Source of the DNA: Phoronis australis
Lineage: Eukaryota; Animalia; Phoronida
Direction of reading: 5' to 3'
DNA: 64,000 bases
Assembly: GCA_002633005.1 (NCBI GenBank)
Contig: NMRA01000291.1
Span: 326,825-390,824, forward strand
Within the stretch, counting starts at the first letter, position 1. Every line of letters starts with the position of its first letter. A program made the position numbers and the translations under genes. Of the stretch, positions 1 to 15,100 are shown piece after piece. Under the pieces are notes generated by a model. It did not search any database and was not told where the DNA came from. It saw only the letters and a list, made by a program, of their open reading frames with translations.

Positions 1-103
1 GAAAATGAGGTAGGGTGTTTTTCTAGCTCGAAAGAACAAAATGAGTACTCTTTAAGAGCAAAATCTTTCCAACCACTTAAAAAATGAACGGCATAAAACC
101 TAC

Positions 104-179
104 GAGTTCTTGACAGATCTCCATTCCACTTTGTTGATTGGCTTACACGCGTCCGGCTTGCCGTCTCTCTCATGTCTTG
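104..179 (-). CDS. STXBP5: tomosyn exon 9 (RHERDGKPDACKPINKVEWRSVKN)
   Basis: 76 nt; acceptor ttttcag, donor GTAGGT; CKPI.KVE motif. Confidence 0.9.
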
Positions 180-3100
180 CTGAAAACAATAAGCAACAGA
201 AAATGCAAACACACGACGACAACTCTTTTACCATCGCGAGAGTATGAAAAAGACTTCTACATTTAATCAATTTCAATTGTGGTGGGCATGACGAGTTGAG
301 CAAACAAAAACGAAGTGCAACTTCTTCCCTTCACCAGTCTTCTGTGGTCACAGTCGACTTTTTTAAAGGAATCAATTGAACATCCCACAGCACTACAAGG
401 ACACTTTAATAGCATAAAATTGATAAAGTGTAAGCATAAGTGTAAGTCTAAGTGTATTCTGATTCTAAGTCACATGTTCCATGATCACACTTGCAAAATA
501 GGCAACTGCTGTCATCAGTCTCCGTCATAAAGTTCAGTGGAGACAGTCTCACCAAGCCCTATTGTAAAACTTTAATGGTCAATTTGATCAAGAATGCATG
601 CTGTAGTCGCAAGAATCTCGTAAAAAAGCAAGATCAAACAAGACCACAGATCATGCGAGTGAAAGGTGAGTGTTTTGCACGTATGGTCGAAACCTTAATA
701 GAGCACCCTAGCCAAATGGCAGTCACTGACAGAGGTGATTGGTCAGGATGTGGAATTATGATATAGAATTCACTGTTTCCATTCCACTAGCAATGATTGC
801 TCAGGATGCTGAATCGTGATATAGAATTCACTGTTTCCATTCCACTAGCAATGATTGGTTAGGATGTTGAATCATGGTATAAAATTCACCGTCTCCATTA
901 AACTAGCTATGACTTCTTGTCGCAGGTGCTTCACGAGCATCCGAGGCCCAGGGAATGAAGCCCAGGTGGGGGATCAGTGGTCAATGGAGGTTATGATGAC
1001 TGTGTAACCAGATGGTCACCAGTCTGTTGTAACAAAAGATGTCTAGACTCAGAGTTAACAAAATGTTAAACCAAACTGTCTGGTTCTTGCAAGATCTGTT
1101 GCTGGCAAATATCTTGGCTCTGGTCATTTCTGGTGAAATATGGCCCTGTTAAGCAGCACATTCCCATGTGCTTATTGGATGAGAATGCTACCCACAACAT
1201 TAGTGCAATTTGTGGTAATTGACCTAAGATGCACACCTTGAGAAAACTCCCGTGTGTCTTTGCTATAGCACTGTTCCCCGAGCCACAACGTTTGTAACTA
1301 AAGTAATGTGGTTAAACATATCAAATGCCAGACACTGAAAGTCTACACAACAAGAGGTATCTAACTTTTGGCTGTAGACACCAGGCAAAAGATGTCATTT
1401 TCTCAAGAACCACCATGTCTCCTTGCATACCATGTGGCATGTTGACGGCGACTGGCTTTGCCGGCTGTTTGCAGTTCCATGTGGTGAGACTGCCGTCGGT
1501 GTGACTACACATGAACTGTTTACCCTCGTGGTGCCAACAACACGACTTGAGTGCCTGCAATTAAATCATGAAATGGTGAACGAGGAATTGTACAGAGAAA
1601 ATGTCAGAGCTTAACACTTAAAGCTGTTACTAAAAAGATTCATCTATTCAGAATACATAATAAATATGAAAAGCAAAATTCTTTAGACTAAACAACAAAA
1701 TCGTTACCATGGTTTGACGGTCATTCTTAAAACTGATGTATGTCGAGTACACAGCATACAACACCATTCTACGGGGGAATCAAATTTCTAGCTCCACCCA
1801 CTACGAACATGACATCACAAGTTCAGGTACTCGACATACATCAGTTTGAGAATGACCGCCGAACCAAGGCGATTGCACAAACATAGCAAGGTAAAGATTT
1901 TGTCATCTAAGACTAAAGAACTTAGTTCCTCACTTAAAGCTGCTATATACTTGAGTTTCTATCAAAAACCAACTTCAGATTCAGATCACTTACTGTTAAT
2001 ATGAAATAGGTCTTTCATTACTGATTGAGATCAGGCTACACAAGGTGACTTATCATGATGGCTCATTTATGCCCTAAGCACGGTGTCAAGTAGAATAATG
2101 CTCTTTCAGTCCTATCCAAGCCAACAAACTGCCTCTCCTAGGAATAATGACTAAGGACAATTTCACAGCAGCAAGGGTATTTCCATCTTACTCAAGGCAT
2201 CGACTTGAAAACCATGAAAATGTCAGAGCTGAATGGTCTATTTCAGAATCGGAACAATTCTCATCAAGAAGAGTTAGAGATTTACTTTGTATGATTGAGT
2301 AACCATGACAATAATGTATTTTAAGTATTATAGTAGGAACAAAATTCACTTTTAAAGGCAAAATAACCAGGTACTGCTGCTCTCTAGTGTAATGAAAGCA
2401 TGCAAAAGACTTTCAATTGAACACAACTCTGATTTGGTGAACACAAATTCAATTACTCCATAGTGGTTCATTAATTTAAAAGCAGAGGATTAAATGCCAT
2501 TGCCAACCCCTACCATTGTTTGCTTAGTTTAAGTTCACTTTAAAATTTTAGCATTTTGACACTGGCTGGGATCAGAATTCTGCTTTATCTGGCTTTCTGA
2601 CGGATATTTCTTCGCAGTGGGAAATGTATGGAACATGTCCTTGTTCATTCATTGATATTTCAAAAGGTTTGTCTTTTTTGTACGACATTAGTACATCCTA
2701 CTGCAAAGCAATGGAAATTTGTCGCCAGGTAGGTTGAAACCTTCTGTCTGCATTACATGGGATCTGTAGGTGATGCTGAACCAAAGACCTGATTGCCATC
2801 TGGCAGGTTAGTGATTTCAGAAGTCAGCTAATCAACTAATTGAAATTTATTTCAGTAATTAAGGTCATAGATAGGCCTACTGTACAAAACCAATACCTTA
2901 CAAACTTTGGACTGTAACAAGTTGCCGCAAAGTTTAAAGGCAAAGAATACGCTAGGTTTAGAAAACAATTCAATCGTACAAAATCGTCATTTTATTAATC
3001 ATTTGCTAACACCATGAGTTCAATACTAAAGAATGACTTCTTTCAATTCATTGTGTGTACTACAATTAAAATGAAAATGGTGTCTATCCTAAATAACATA

Positions 3101-6100
3101 AATAATATAGGGAATTTACAATACAGTATTGGCAGAGAAAACTCAAGAATTTCAATGATTTCACATCAAAGCTACTAATTATGAACATACAGGTATGAAC
3201 ACAGCCTGTATAGTACCGTTGTGAATGTACAGTAAAAAATGAAAAATCAATAACATGTGATAAATGAAGTGCCCGGACTGTGTCATGGAGTCCACAAATT
3301 TAATTAAAAGTATTAGTAAAACACAGAGAACTATTACTGAACAACAGTCAAACTCGTGTATGTTACAAACAGCAGACAGGACATTGTAAGAGGCTTAGAG
3401 TGGCTCACCTTGACACAGGCAGGTAAAATCAATACAGTACTCCTAACTCCAATTCTATTAACCAGCATATCCCTACCAAGCCCATGCATCATAGACTACA
3501 TATTACGGGGTCATAAATTGAACTGTCTCAATTACAGGTAAAAATAAATAAAAGTTACAATTACATTAAGACCATATTGCAACGTGAGTACTTTTTACAG
3601 CGCACATTCTATTCAGAACATGACTGTGTCGCCACTACCAATGCTTCTGTCACAGATAACAGTAACTCTGTAAAACTATGATGGCATGCTTGAACCTAAG
3701 CATGTTTCTTTTTCAGTAAGCAAATTCCAGTATTTGATTCAATTTTTCTGTCTTTCGTTTCTTTCAGTAATTAGTCACCAACCCGAAATGAATTCCGCGG
3801 AAAAAGTTAAAAAATCAATTTACCCAAGGAAATACAATACAAATTAGCCAAAATAGATGCGTTAGGTTTCAGTTCTCTGGTAACCATTGTTGAGTTTTAG
3901 ATAACTGACATGTGAGTCTTGAGGTCAGACAAATGAGAACAGAGGTGCTTAACAGTGGACTAGATTGGTATCTGGACTGGCCTCGATTTAGAAACCGTAG
4001 TCATCTGGAGTTTAAACTAAACAGGTTTTTTTGTAAAGTTAGGGAACTATCAAATAACCGCTGAAAGTAAAATTTAATTTCCTTTACTTTGATTCACAGA
4101 CCCAATCCCTCAGGATGGGCTCTGTTGTGTAAGATTTCATTTTATCAGCTGACCAAGTTTAATGGACAAAAAACGTTGAATTCAATTGCATTCTTGGAAG
4201 GAAATCGCATCGCATGATTTACCTAGTTTTTGAATGGTTAAGCATGAATCTCACTTCAGAAGGGAGTAGGACAAGTAAAGAATAATACATATACATCGCT
4301 TCACTCAGATTATCAATTTTATGTCACCATTACAAAAGTAACAACTTATTTGGCATTAGGATAACAAATGATGAGCTGCTTTTAGATCAGTTTATATGCA
4401 CATTTTATATGCACATTTCATATGCACATTTCATATGCACATTTCATATGCACATTTTATATGCACAGTTTATGTGCACATTTTAGATGCCCATTTTATA
4501 TGCACATTTTATATGCACATTTTATATGCACATTTTAAGTATCTTGATGGCCTCTTATTTTATCGATTTTAAACCATGCGAGGGCCACCTAGAACCACCC
4601 TTCCTGTTGTGTGTGTATTATCAATGGTACACTTTCTCTCTCACTCTCTCCCGCCTCTCCGCTCCACCTCCCTTCCCTCTTTCTAACAGTGATAAATACG
4701 GCGACTGGGATAGAGTTGCCCATCTTACCCGCAACAAATAGTGCGTTATGTTCTGTTAAAAATAAGGTATTTGGCTCACTTCCACAATAACTGCAGAGCA
4801 AATTTACTGACAATTTGATGGAAAGTAATTTTGCCAAATCAATAGCTAACAACCTACTTCCTCTTCGTACTTATTGTTCAGACCAACTGGATGGAATGAG
4901 CTCGGTAGTCTCACAACTCCATTCAAAATTAAAATAAATGGTTGCAGTACCACTGTTAGTAATTTTTTCAGCAAATAACATTTAACTTAAGTCAACACCG
5001 ATTTTCTACCAGACTCATGTACAATCATTTGACAGCAATCTCACCTTCAATACATTGGAGGATGCATTGATCTTTAATTACACAGACTAAACAGTATAAC
5101 CACTAAGGGTTACTTTACTCATTAAGTGCATTCATTAAGTGATGATTAGAGAATAACCTCCCACCAAGAAACTTTGAAAGGCCCTCCTTATAATAATGTA
5201 ATTACAGTTACCAAGAAAGCCCCAGGGCATGAGATAGGCGACAACAGTGTAAGTGGTTATCACATAACCATGTTTCACCAGTTTATCACACCAGACTGAT
5301 CAATGTCTGCTAAGCAAGTTCCTTCTCCAATTTTTCAACATGTATCCCTGAAGACAGCAAGCCACCAATACACTGGCATTTTTATGGGCATTCAAAGCAT
5401 GTGAAGAACTTTGTATTCTCTTGTTATCGCTTTTCATTGGGTTTGAACTCAAACAAGTAGGTGAACATAAACTCGGGACTTCATGGAGGCAATTAACTGC
5501 GCTACATTCCAACAGAGGTCACACGCTGTTCATCAGCCTTGATATTTCAAACTGGTCTCGAAAAGAAAACACTGTTTCAAGAATCGCCCAGTTTGATTAA
5601 AACAAGGATGGTTTGGTAGGGGCATGCCACCAACTCAAAATGGTACTGTGCTGTCTTGGATATTGTTTTGGGTGGGAATTAAGGAGTTAGGTACTGTCTC
5701 AGACCAAGTTTTCCAAATTACATATTCTATTGGGTACCCACTTTCCAGACCCCACTATTAACGTTGGTCTGGATTTTGAGTATGCACTGGCACTCCATAC
5801 CCACTATATGGAAGATAACTCCCAAAGTTAATTACCTCTGTGCACTGGTATCGGTGTTCTGCTGTTTTCCCCTTGAGATTCCATAGAACGACGCAGCCAG
5901 ACTCGAAACCTATCAGCAACTACAACACAATAACTATGACAGTAACACCTAACCAATCAAGAACACACCATGGCTAAGTCAAAATGAAATGGCTTCAAAA
6001 ACACATTTTTCTAAAAACTCAAACTGACCCATTCTTGTAAGTTAATTTAGGATTATCAAGATTGAAACTACAACTTTTTCTTTTAAAAGATTTATTCTAA

Positions 6101-9100
6101 TGACATAGGCCCTGAATAACGGTAACCATTATTTTTACAGGGGCCTCAACAAAGAAGTAAGCAACTGAATTTCTTGTCCATGCCATTTTCATAAGAATAA
6201 GTCATTTACAACAATAAGTTATTGATAATTAATGGATTCAGAACAAGGGATACACAATCTATAAATTGCCATTCCGTGCATGATAAATCCTCAAAAATAA
6301 CCGCATGAACACATAAAACTTGTAAACAATGCCTGTGCTGGCAACCGGTCACAGCTGAAACTCGAGTGTACTCAACACCAGTCACATCATCTACTTACTT
6401 TGGTCGGGTCCATGGGGTTATCGCTCAAATGAACCACTGGCCCTGGATGGGTTTTTCTCGACCTAGATGAAATGTAAAGTATGGCAGTGAGATAGGCACA
6501 TCAACTATAAACAGTAACTTTTCTGCTATTTTCCACCAAAATAATCGACATAACTTTTTGATTTTTCATGGACGGACTACATCGTTACTTTTATTAAAGC
6601 GCCGCATGCTAGGGGTACAGTGTAGACCAACCTCTTCATGAAGTGAATTTTCTAGAAACTTTTCATGAGAATTTGGATAAAAATAAAAAAAAAACCATGT
6701 CCACCATGTTTTGTGATAAACATGTTAAAAATTATCACACGGCAAAAAAACACTCCGTCTCAAGTGCTAAAGCACGTTTTAGACATATGATTTCCATATT
6801 CATGTTTAATTCAAATCCTAATCACAAAATTTCCCAGAGTCATTTCAGGCCATCTTTCTAAAAACATTGAGAGAAAACTTTTCTCAATATCTCGATATCA
6901 TTGAATGAGATTAATTAAAAATGTCTAACATATGTTTTCACCGTAACAAGATATTTGTTTAATATTAAATGGAAGTGATTCTGACTATATGGCCCAGGAA
7001 ACGGCGTCATTCTCTCTTAAAAAAACCATGTGGTATACACACTTCACTGACTTCAACAAAAACCATTCACCCATAGGACACCCTACATGATATTGAGACT
7101 CTATCGCGATCAGCCAAACAAAAGAAAACTTCGTATATGGATGTTCATGAAACACGAGTCATGACCACACTACAACTTTCAATGTAGCCTAGAACAACAT
7201 ACTCCCAGTTAGCCGAGCATCAACTACACAACCCACATCTTGAGGCAAAATACAGCAAAAACAGGACGAGACATATGTATGCAGGTGGTGATTCTGCCTT
7301 GCCAACAGTTTGGCATCCATACTTCAACCACTTGCGCAGGAACAACTACTAAACCTCAGTGACAATTTGTTCCAGTATTAGCTTATTGTAGGATAACCCA
7401 TACTGAGGAGGCAGTGTGGCCTGGTTGATAAGTGCCCGCTTTCTTTACTCGAGGTCGTGGGTTCAAGTCCCACCAGGTCACACTGCTAAACCCTTGAGCC
7501 AGGTTTCTAGCTCCTCACCTCGGTTTTAACCATATATTAATAAAGCATAAAAATATTTCCAGGTGATCAGTGCAATGGGCCCACATGCGAGGCCTGCGCC
7601 CGTCTGATACAACGTGTATCAGGCTGCCTGCAATTATTTTTTTATAACCCACACTGTGGACGGCACTACACTTTGACTAGTGCAACCAAATGTACTTCAC
7701 AGTCAGTTGCTATGTTGAAAAATCGACTTGTTATGAACTCCATACAACATGACCTATAATGTCAAACACTTAACANNNNNNNNNNNNNNNNNNNNNNNNN
7801 NNNNNNNNNNNNNNNNNNNNNNNNNNNNNNNNNNNNNNNNNNNNNNNNNNNNNNNNNNNNNNNNNNNNNNNNNNNNNNNNNNNNNNNNNNNNNNNNNNNN
7901 NNNNNNNNNNNNNNNNNNNNNNGAGGAGGCAGTGTGGCCTGGTTGATAAGTGCCCGCTTTCTTTACTCGAGGTCGTGGGTTCAAGTCCCACCAGGTCACA
8001 CTGCTAAACCCTTGAGCCAGGTTTCTAGCTCCTCAGCTCGGTTTTAACCATATATTAATAAAGCATAAAAATATTTCCAGGTAATCAGTGCAATGGGCCC
8101 ACATGCGAGGCCTGCGCACGTCTGATACAACGTGTATCAGGCTGCCTGCAATTATTTTTTTTATAACCCACACTGTGGACGGCACTACACTTTGACTAGT
8201 GCAACCAAATGTACTTCACAGTCAGTTGCTATGTTGAAAAATCGACTTGTTATGAACTCCATACAACATGACCTATAATGTCAAACACTTAACACAGGAA
8301 AGCGACAGCCGCTTGACCCATTTTCAAAGTCCGGAATCCACGACAAAACACAATCTATATTAGTCATGGAAATTTTAGACGTTGCACATCTTGTGTCAAC
8401 TATTTAAATACCGCACTGCATAACAGTGGAAATTTGAAAGAATTAGTAAAAACAGAACAGAAAAAAAAAACAAGAACCCAAAACGCAGTCCACCAACTAC
8501 CCATTGCTACCATGAGGCAAGTTGTACGTCATAACCTCGCCATCATGTCATAAAATGGCTGCTGACGACTTATGCAGCTCCTTTGAAAACCAGAATGAAG
8601 CTTTTTGCTGCTGGTCGGAACCTTTCTTCAGTTGTTTAAGAGTTAGTCTCCCAAATTACACGTCATGAAATCATGGACCAAATGGAGGTCACTGATTACT
8701 TTCACAGAAAAATTCACTACCGCTAACTCGATTCATTCGAGATTAAAATTTGCGATTTCCACTAGATCTGGGAGCGCAACGTGGGAGTTTCAATTATTGC
8801 CACAAGTTGTAAAGTTCAATTAAGCGCATTAACAAGAATGGCCAAAGCAAGCTGACACAGAGAGAAGCGGGCTGGTCAAATTATTGGCTCTCGCCTACCG
8901 ATGAATCCTCAGAGAAATCAGCCTTTATCTGCCTTGATGCACAACCAATTCTCACCGGGTCTCCTGATAAGACAGGTCCCAGAAACAACTGTCGAATCAA
9001 TAGAACTAATTTCAGATGAACAGGGAACTCTGGCTGCATCTGTACACCACAGATCAACAGTTGGAAGCATCACTTTGATACACACACAAAATGAAGGGTC

Positions 9101-12100
9101 TCCTGGTTTCAGTGGCCACGCATTTTTCAAAAGGAATGATTGACTAATAGGTCAAAGAGCAAAGGTCAAGCGGTCAACAGTGTCATTTTCTGGTTATAAC
9201 CTAGAGCAAACAACTCGTAAAATGACGCAGCATACTTCGGCCTCATTACAATTGTAGATTTTTTACGACGAAAAAATATGAAAGGAATACGACTATCATC
9301 ACTGGCTGCTTTAATATAGCTCAAGAACATTAATTGCATTTCAAATACTGAGGAAGATCATACATAGCAAAAGCTAAGTTCAGTAATGACTATCAACATA
9401 CAATCTCCCACTCGAAATGGTAACCTTTGACCCCAACTAGGCAACACAGACTGCAAAAACATGGACACATGGCAATTTGTCCAAAAACAGGGTGGCTTGT
9501 GAAATTTATTTCAACAGAACATGTCTTCTATCCACACTAAAACATGCTTTATCAACCAGTCCTAGGGCATTAAATATGTTGTCATTTAAATGTGATTTAT
9601 GAATATTTGATTAGGCGATAAGACTAGACAAATGTCATTGAACATCAGGATTCAGAAGAAGTGAAAAATCATTTGTCGAGTTTTGTAAATAACCAACTCA
9701 GGAAACAATGTAGAGGACAGTGAAGTTTTCCTTATTTTCCATATGTTTTAAACATATAACATAAGTAGAGTAAAATAAGTGCTTCTATGTCTTTTCAAGT
9801 TCCAGGCCATAGCTAGCACCAGACAATACTTTGAAAAGTTGTTGGTCTTCACTGAGGACGAAAAATGAGAAATTATCAATGAAAGTAATTACATTTGTCT
9901 GGGATTGGTGACATTTTACTAAACTATGAAGCTATAATTAGGTTTGTGTTTGAAAAAAAGCATAGCAACCAATTTATCGAATTCATTCAAATGAAACTAA
10001 ATAATTGGTGACAGTTGCAAATTTTAGTAAACTCATCGTTTAAAGTGGCATTTCGCTGTCATTGTTGAATTCTTAACCAAAGCACTTAAGGGTTTAAAAA
10101 TATTACCACGCTCATCTGATCTTGAATTTATTACCAAATGAGCTGGCAACTGGCATTACAAAAGTCTGCACTTGGTTTCATCTCCACACAAGTTCCTAAA
10201 TCAAGGCTCAATACAGATAATATCAATACAGTCCATTATCAAGCTTTCTGATGACCTCTTGTCCAACAGCAGGACTGGCAGGCCAGTTACCTAGCATGGA
10301 TCAAAGAGTTACTAAAACCATTCCCCAAAAGGTACTAGAGAAGTGAAAACTAAGGCATTAACTTTGGCTAATTTTTATCATATTTCTTTGGGTAAAAAAG
10401 ATCCCAATTCAACTTTTTTACCAGGACTTCTATTTCAGAAGTCAAACAAGTTTGAAATCAACAGTTTTAGTACATAATATATTAATTTAATTTAGCCTAT
10501 TGGAGCGAAGACATTGCAAATGTGGTAATTGCTTTACTCCAAACAATAGGACTTAAGATCAAATTTCCTAAAAAACAGACCTCTTGGCTGACATCACAAC
10601 TTGGGAGTCTGTCATTTGCACCAATACTGACACCTGTATTTTCAAGATAATATAAGAAAAAATGGAACTGCAGTTAATTTCAATTTCAGCATAAGTTGGT
10701 TAGGCAAATTTGTAACTGGTCCTGAGTGGAAGGCTGATTGCCTTGTGGAGGTGATGTAGAGACCCAGATTTTCCGTTTTAAAAACAAAGAAATTTCATTT
10801 GATTCCACTTTGAAAATACAGCAAAATTTCGTTTACTACTTCAAAGAAATAAAAGAGCACCCACAACTACATAGCAAATGGTAAAAAAGAGCAGGTGGTC
10901 TGATGTCTTTTCCAAAGCATCAGAGGTCAAGGGGCCATATGGTTGGGCCCACAGTACGAAACACCGGAGTTAAATTTACAAGAACCCTTATATCGAACAG
11001 GTTCTTCGTAAAAGAAGTTTTCAAGTCTGCCTGTTTTTCAAGAAAATGGACAAACTTCCATTATTTGCAATGCATTAAATGTTGTAAGCATGAAATGGTG
11101 CCATCCAGGAACTTGCTATTGAGCCTATAGGAGCTGCTTTTACACAGAGGAACAGTTGTCACGGTGCAAGTTGTCACGGTGCAAGTTGTCACAGGGGGCC
11201 TTGATCCACTTTACTCGCATTTACATATTAGATTGTAAATTAGATGAAGACTATGTGCGTATGCTCTCATAAACAATAGCTAATGACCAAACCACTTGGA
11301 ATGCTAGTCAATCCCGTGTGTGTGTGATATTACGCAAGTCTTGTCCCACTTTGTGTTTAGACGTGTAGTTGAAACTGAAGCAACTGTTTGAGTACAACTT
11401 GCTTTACTTCTCAAACTTGTATCAAAAATGGCCACCACAGTGTCAACTATACTCTGTGTCAGTCATGCACTTGTGCCTGATCAGCTGTTCTGTGTTAGTT
11501 TCCCCGTAACAATTGTCTTCTACGTAAATGCGGCAAGACTGCATCCGATGTTTAGCTAACGGTATGTTTGTAGGAATGTTAGTATTCTGACAAGATAAGT
11601 TCGGTCTGAGCTAGAAATCGACTGGTGCCATATCCCAGCCATTCATCTCTATATCAAGTATATATATAAAAATACTGTCACGCCATACTGACAATAATTA
11701 AACCAAAGTGGCCAACAGGAGGTGCTATGGTAGTCTGGTACCTGTGCGTGTACACTATGTATCTGAGTCAAGTTAAATCAACATGTGGCCAGACATTTTG
11801 CCAATAATTTATGGACAAGCAATATCTGTGAAGTACTTTGATTCATACTCACAACTCTATAGCTTTGTTCCAGTTGATCACGTAACCGGACAGTATGAAA
11901 GACTCTAAGTTGACGACGTGCACATTTCCACGCTCTGTACCCACGTACAGCCATTTGCTTTGGAACGGCAAGTGGCAATAGGTCAACCTGAGTGATAAGC
12001 AGATGGGTAACAGACTAGTGACACACGAGATGGTGAAACCATTTACGTCATATACGAAGCCATTATCAAAATTTTTAAGTATCTGTGTGCGTTCATATAT

Positions 12101-15100
12101 TGCATTGTTCAATTAGATTTGTTCCACTTTGACATGGTCCAATTATTGTTGAACATACATATCACATACTTGTTGATATTTAGCTATCTTCATAATAACA
12201 TGAATTAGAATGTTCCCTGAAACCATGATGGTACATCATATACAAGTGCCTTGAGTGACACCTACCTTTCTCTCTGGAACTTGAGAGTGTTGACAATCTT
12301 TGGGCATTTTTGCAGGTAGTTCCACAAATTTAATGTATCATCAGAACATATAGTAATTAGGGCACCCTAGTGGAGAAAATGGGAAACGTCAAACGTTGTG
12401 AGCAATATAACAACTCCTAGTTTCTGCATATACCATTATGGAAATGCAACCATCCTTCAACAAGATGTCTGTCTATTCAACCATATCATGAATAAATGGA
12501 TCGCACAACTCTCAAAACTTTCGAAGCAGTTAATCTTAACACGCCAAGTGTTCACAAAATGAGAGTGTCACTGACTGGGAGTTCCCGCAAAAGTAAACTA
12601 CGGAAATTGAACATTACTATGCTCCATTTGAGCAAGATAATACACATTATGTAGTAAATGCTGTAACAATAGGCATAATATAAACTTTTCAATGTCCAAG
12701 ATAGATTTTGCAAATAAGCTGCGGGTAAACCCAAAACACAAATATGCACTTGCAGATTTGAGTAACTTGGAATTCAACTTTTGAGTTGGAGAATTATGGG
12801 TGTAATTTACAACCCAAGAAATATTTTTGTGACGCGGGAAGATCAAGAACGATCTTCCAACAACATGCAAGACTTACCTCATTGACCATGAAGAGTATCT
12901 GCGTAATGGCGACATCCTCTTCATGCCAAATGTGCCGGTCCACGCCAGGCCGGCCAAAGCTATGGTCTGGTTAAGGAATGTTTCACAAGATCACAATGAC
13001 ATTTGCCACCACTCCACCAAAAATTACGCCACTCTTTATAAAACTCAATCGACTCTGAACTTGATAGAACAATTGTCTGGGCCAAAAATGGTCATAATGG
13101 ACAATAGATCAGATGATTATCATGAATGTCTGCTTTTCCCATTACCCAATCACAAGATGGTGTCAATCAACGACATGCTGCTTGACATTAACCAGTGAGA
13201 ACCCGATGATTGCCAGCCAGTTTCAAAAAGTCACAAAACATCAATGTCAATCATCTGTGCCCGGATCGAGTCTAATCTTTTTACTCGAAATTGAACTAAA
13301 AATATTTTTTAAATTTTATATTCTCTCTTAATACCAACTACTAATTATCTAGCATTTTGTGTTTTAGCATATTGTAGATTATGCAAATGAGGGTATTATA
13401 ACTCCAAATTCTCACTTGATGATCCCTAGATTAGAGCCACGGACTCAAATGAGAACTTTTGACTAATAACTTGAGATAATACTCAAAACGTGTAGCTCTA
13501 GTGCAAGCGGATCATCAAGTGTAAAACGGGATTAGTCATCCGATGTAAACCAAAATATAATGGAGTACAGAGCATTCCGACCTTTAGTTGGACTTTGTAC
13601 TGAAGTAGAATGGAAAATGTAACAAACAACTCAGAATTCAAGCAACTTTAGTGCCACCTATGATCATGTTAGGCCATGGGGACAAAACTAAAATGGCAGG
13701 ATCAGCCAAGCAATAGGACGCTGAAAGATTTGGATTCTTTTTAATTGTGTTAAGTCACGATTCAAAGAAAATTCACAAGAGTCTAAATAGCATTACGTTA
13801 CACTTCGATGAAGCACGTAACATGTTTTACGAGTTGTCAATCTGCATTGCATTGTGGGAAAATTAGAAGTTGGTGACGAGTTGAATGGGATGTAGTGTGT
13901 GTTATTGAGGCTTGATTAATAATGCTAGCAGTGCTAACAAAATGATGGAAAGAGAGGTGGATACAGTACTTAACCCTGGCTGACCTCAGCAAACGCTAAG
14001 AACATGTTTTGACTGATAAAGCAGCCACCAAGTTAACACCCAGCAAATTATGCTTTGGGTAATTGTGTCAATCATGTTTGAACACTAGGAAAATGGCTTG
14101 AACCAGCCCGTTTGCCCGTTAGGAAAAAGAAAACGTGGTATGGTAAGAAAATTTGTAAATTACACTCCTGTGTGTAACTCCTGCTAGTAACTGTCATTAT
14201 TCTACATGAACAGACACAAGTTAAGGATTGTCAGCACTTTATGGCAAATCACAAAACATTCAAAATTCAAAATAAAATTCTAGTTTAAAAAAACAATTTA
14301 ATGCTGAGAGAATTATTTCTAAATAGGTTGGCTATAGTTAAACTCACTTTATGAAGTTTTAAATTAAAATGAAACATTAAAAAATATTCTTAAATGTATT
14401 TCGTACAATTTCCATCAAAATCAAACTTCCTGCTACAACTTGAAAGAGTATAGAACGTTTGTTAAAATAATAAAATGCAAATTTTAAGACCTTTCCAGAA
14501 ATGTATCCACCCAAAAACCCCTAAACAAAAACGAAAACAACCACGGAAACAGAAAATGGACAGATGCGATAATTGACACTTTTATAGTCTTTCAAGAAAC
14601 ACAATGGCAATATTGTCACAAAGAATGGATTTCTAGTAGACCAACAACAGAGTCGATTGCAAGGAGACATAATCATAAAGTTAGAGCAAATATTGAACTG
14701 GGTTGAGTGAGTATGATCGGAGGGACTGATCAATACTTAATGCTCTTGTTAACCAGCCAGTTGTAATTTTCTTTTGTCAATATGCTGGCTAGGTGTACTG
14801 GCATTGTGCTGTCTCAGATGCTAAGGAACCTCAGCAATGATGCTTTATGACTGCACTCGGAGATTTCACCTATACTCCCTTTCCCATACGGTTAACTCCG
14901 CTACTACCAGTCTCCTCAACTGTTAACACCAAAGGCCCTTTCCTGTACTGTAACAGTTAACTACGCTACTATGGAAGCTTCGACGTCAACAGTGGTTAAC
15001 CGCGAAGTTAAGCGGTACTGTTCCCATGATGATGTCAGGTTCGGAATTATTCCAACAACTAATTCCGCAGAGTTATCGCAAGACAGTTGAGTATTGGCTT

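Noticed and set aside
7406-7480. Functional tRNA gene
   Set aside because: It has A and B boxes but no proper cloverleaf, and continues into a SINE body with a tail and TSD.
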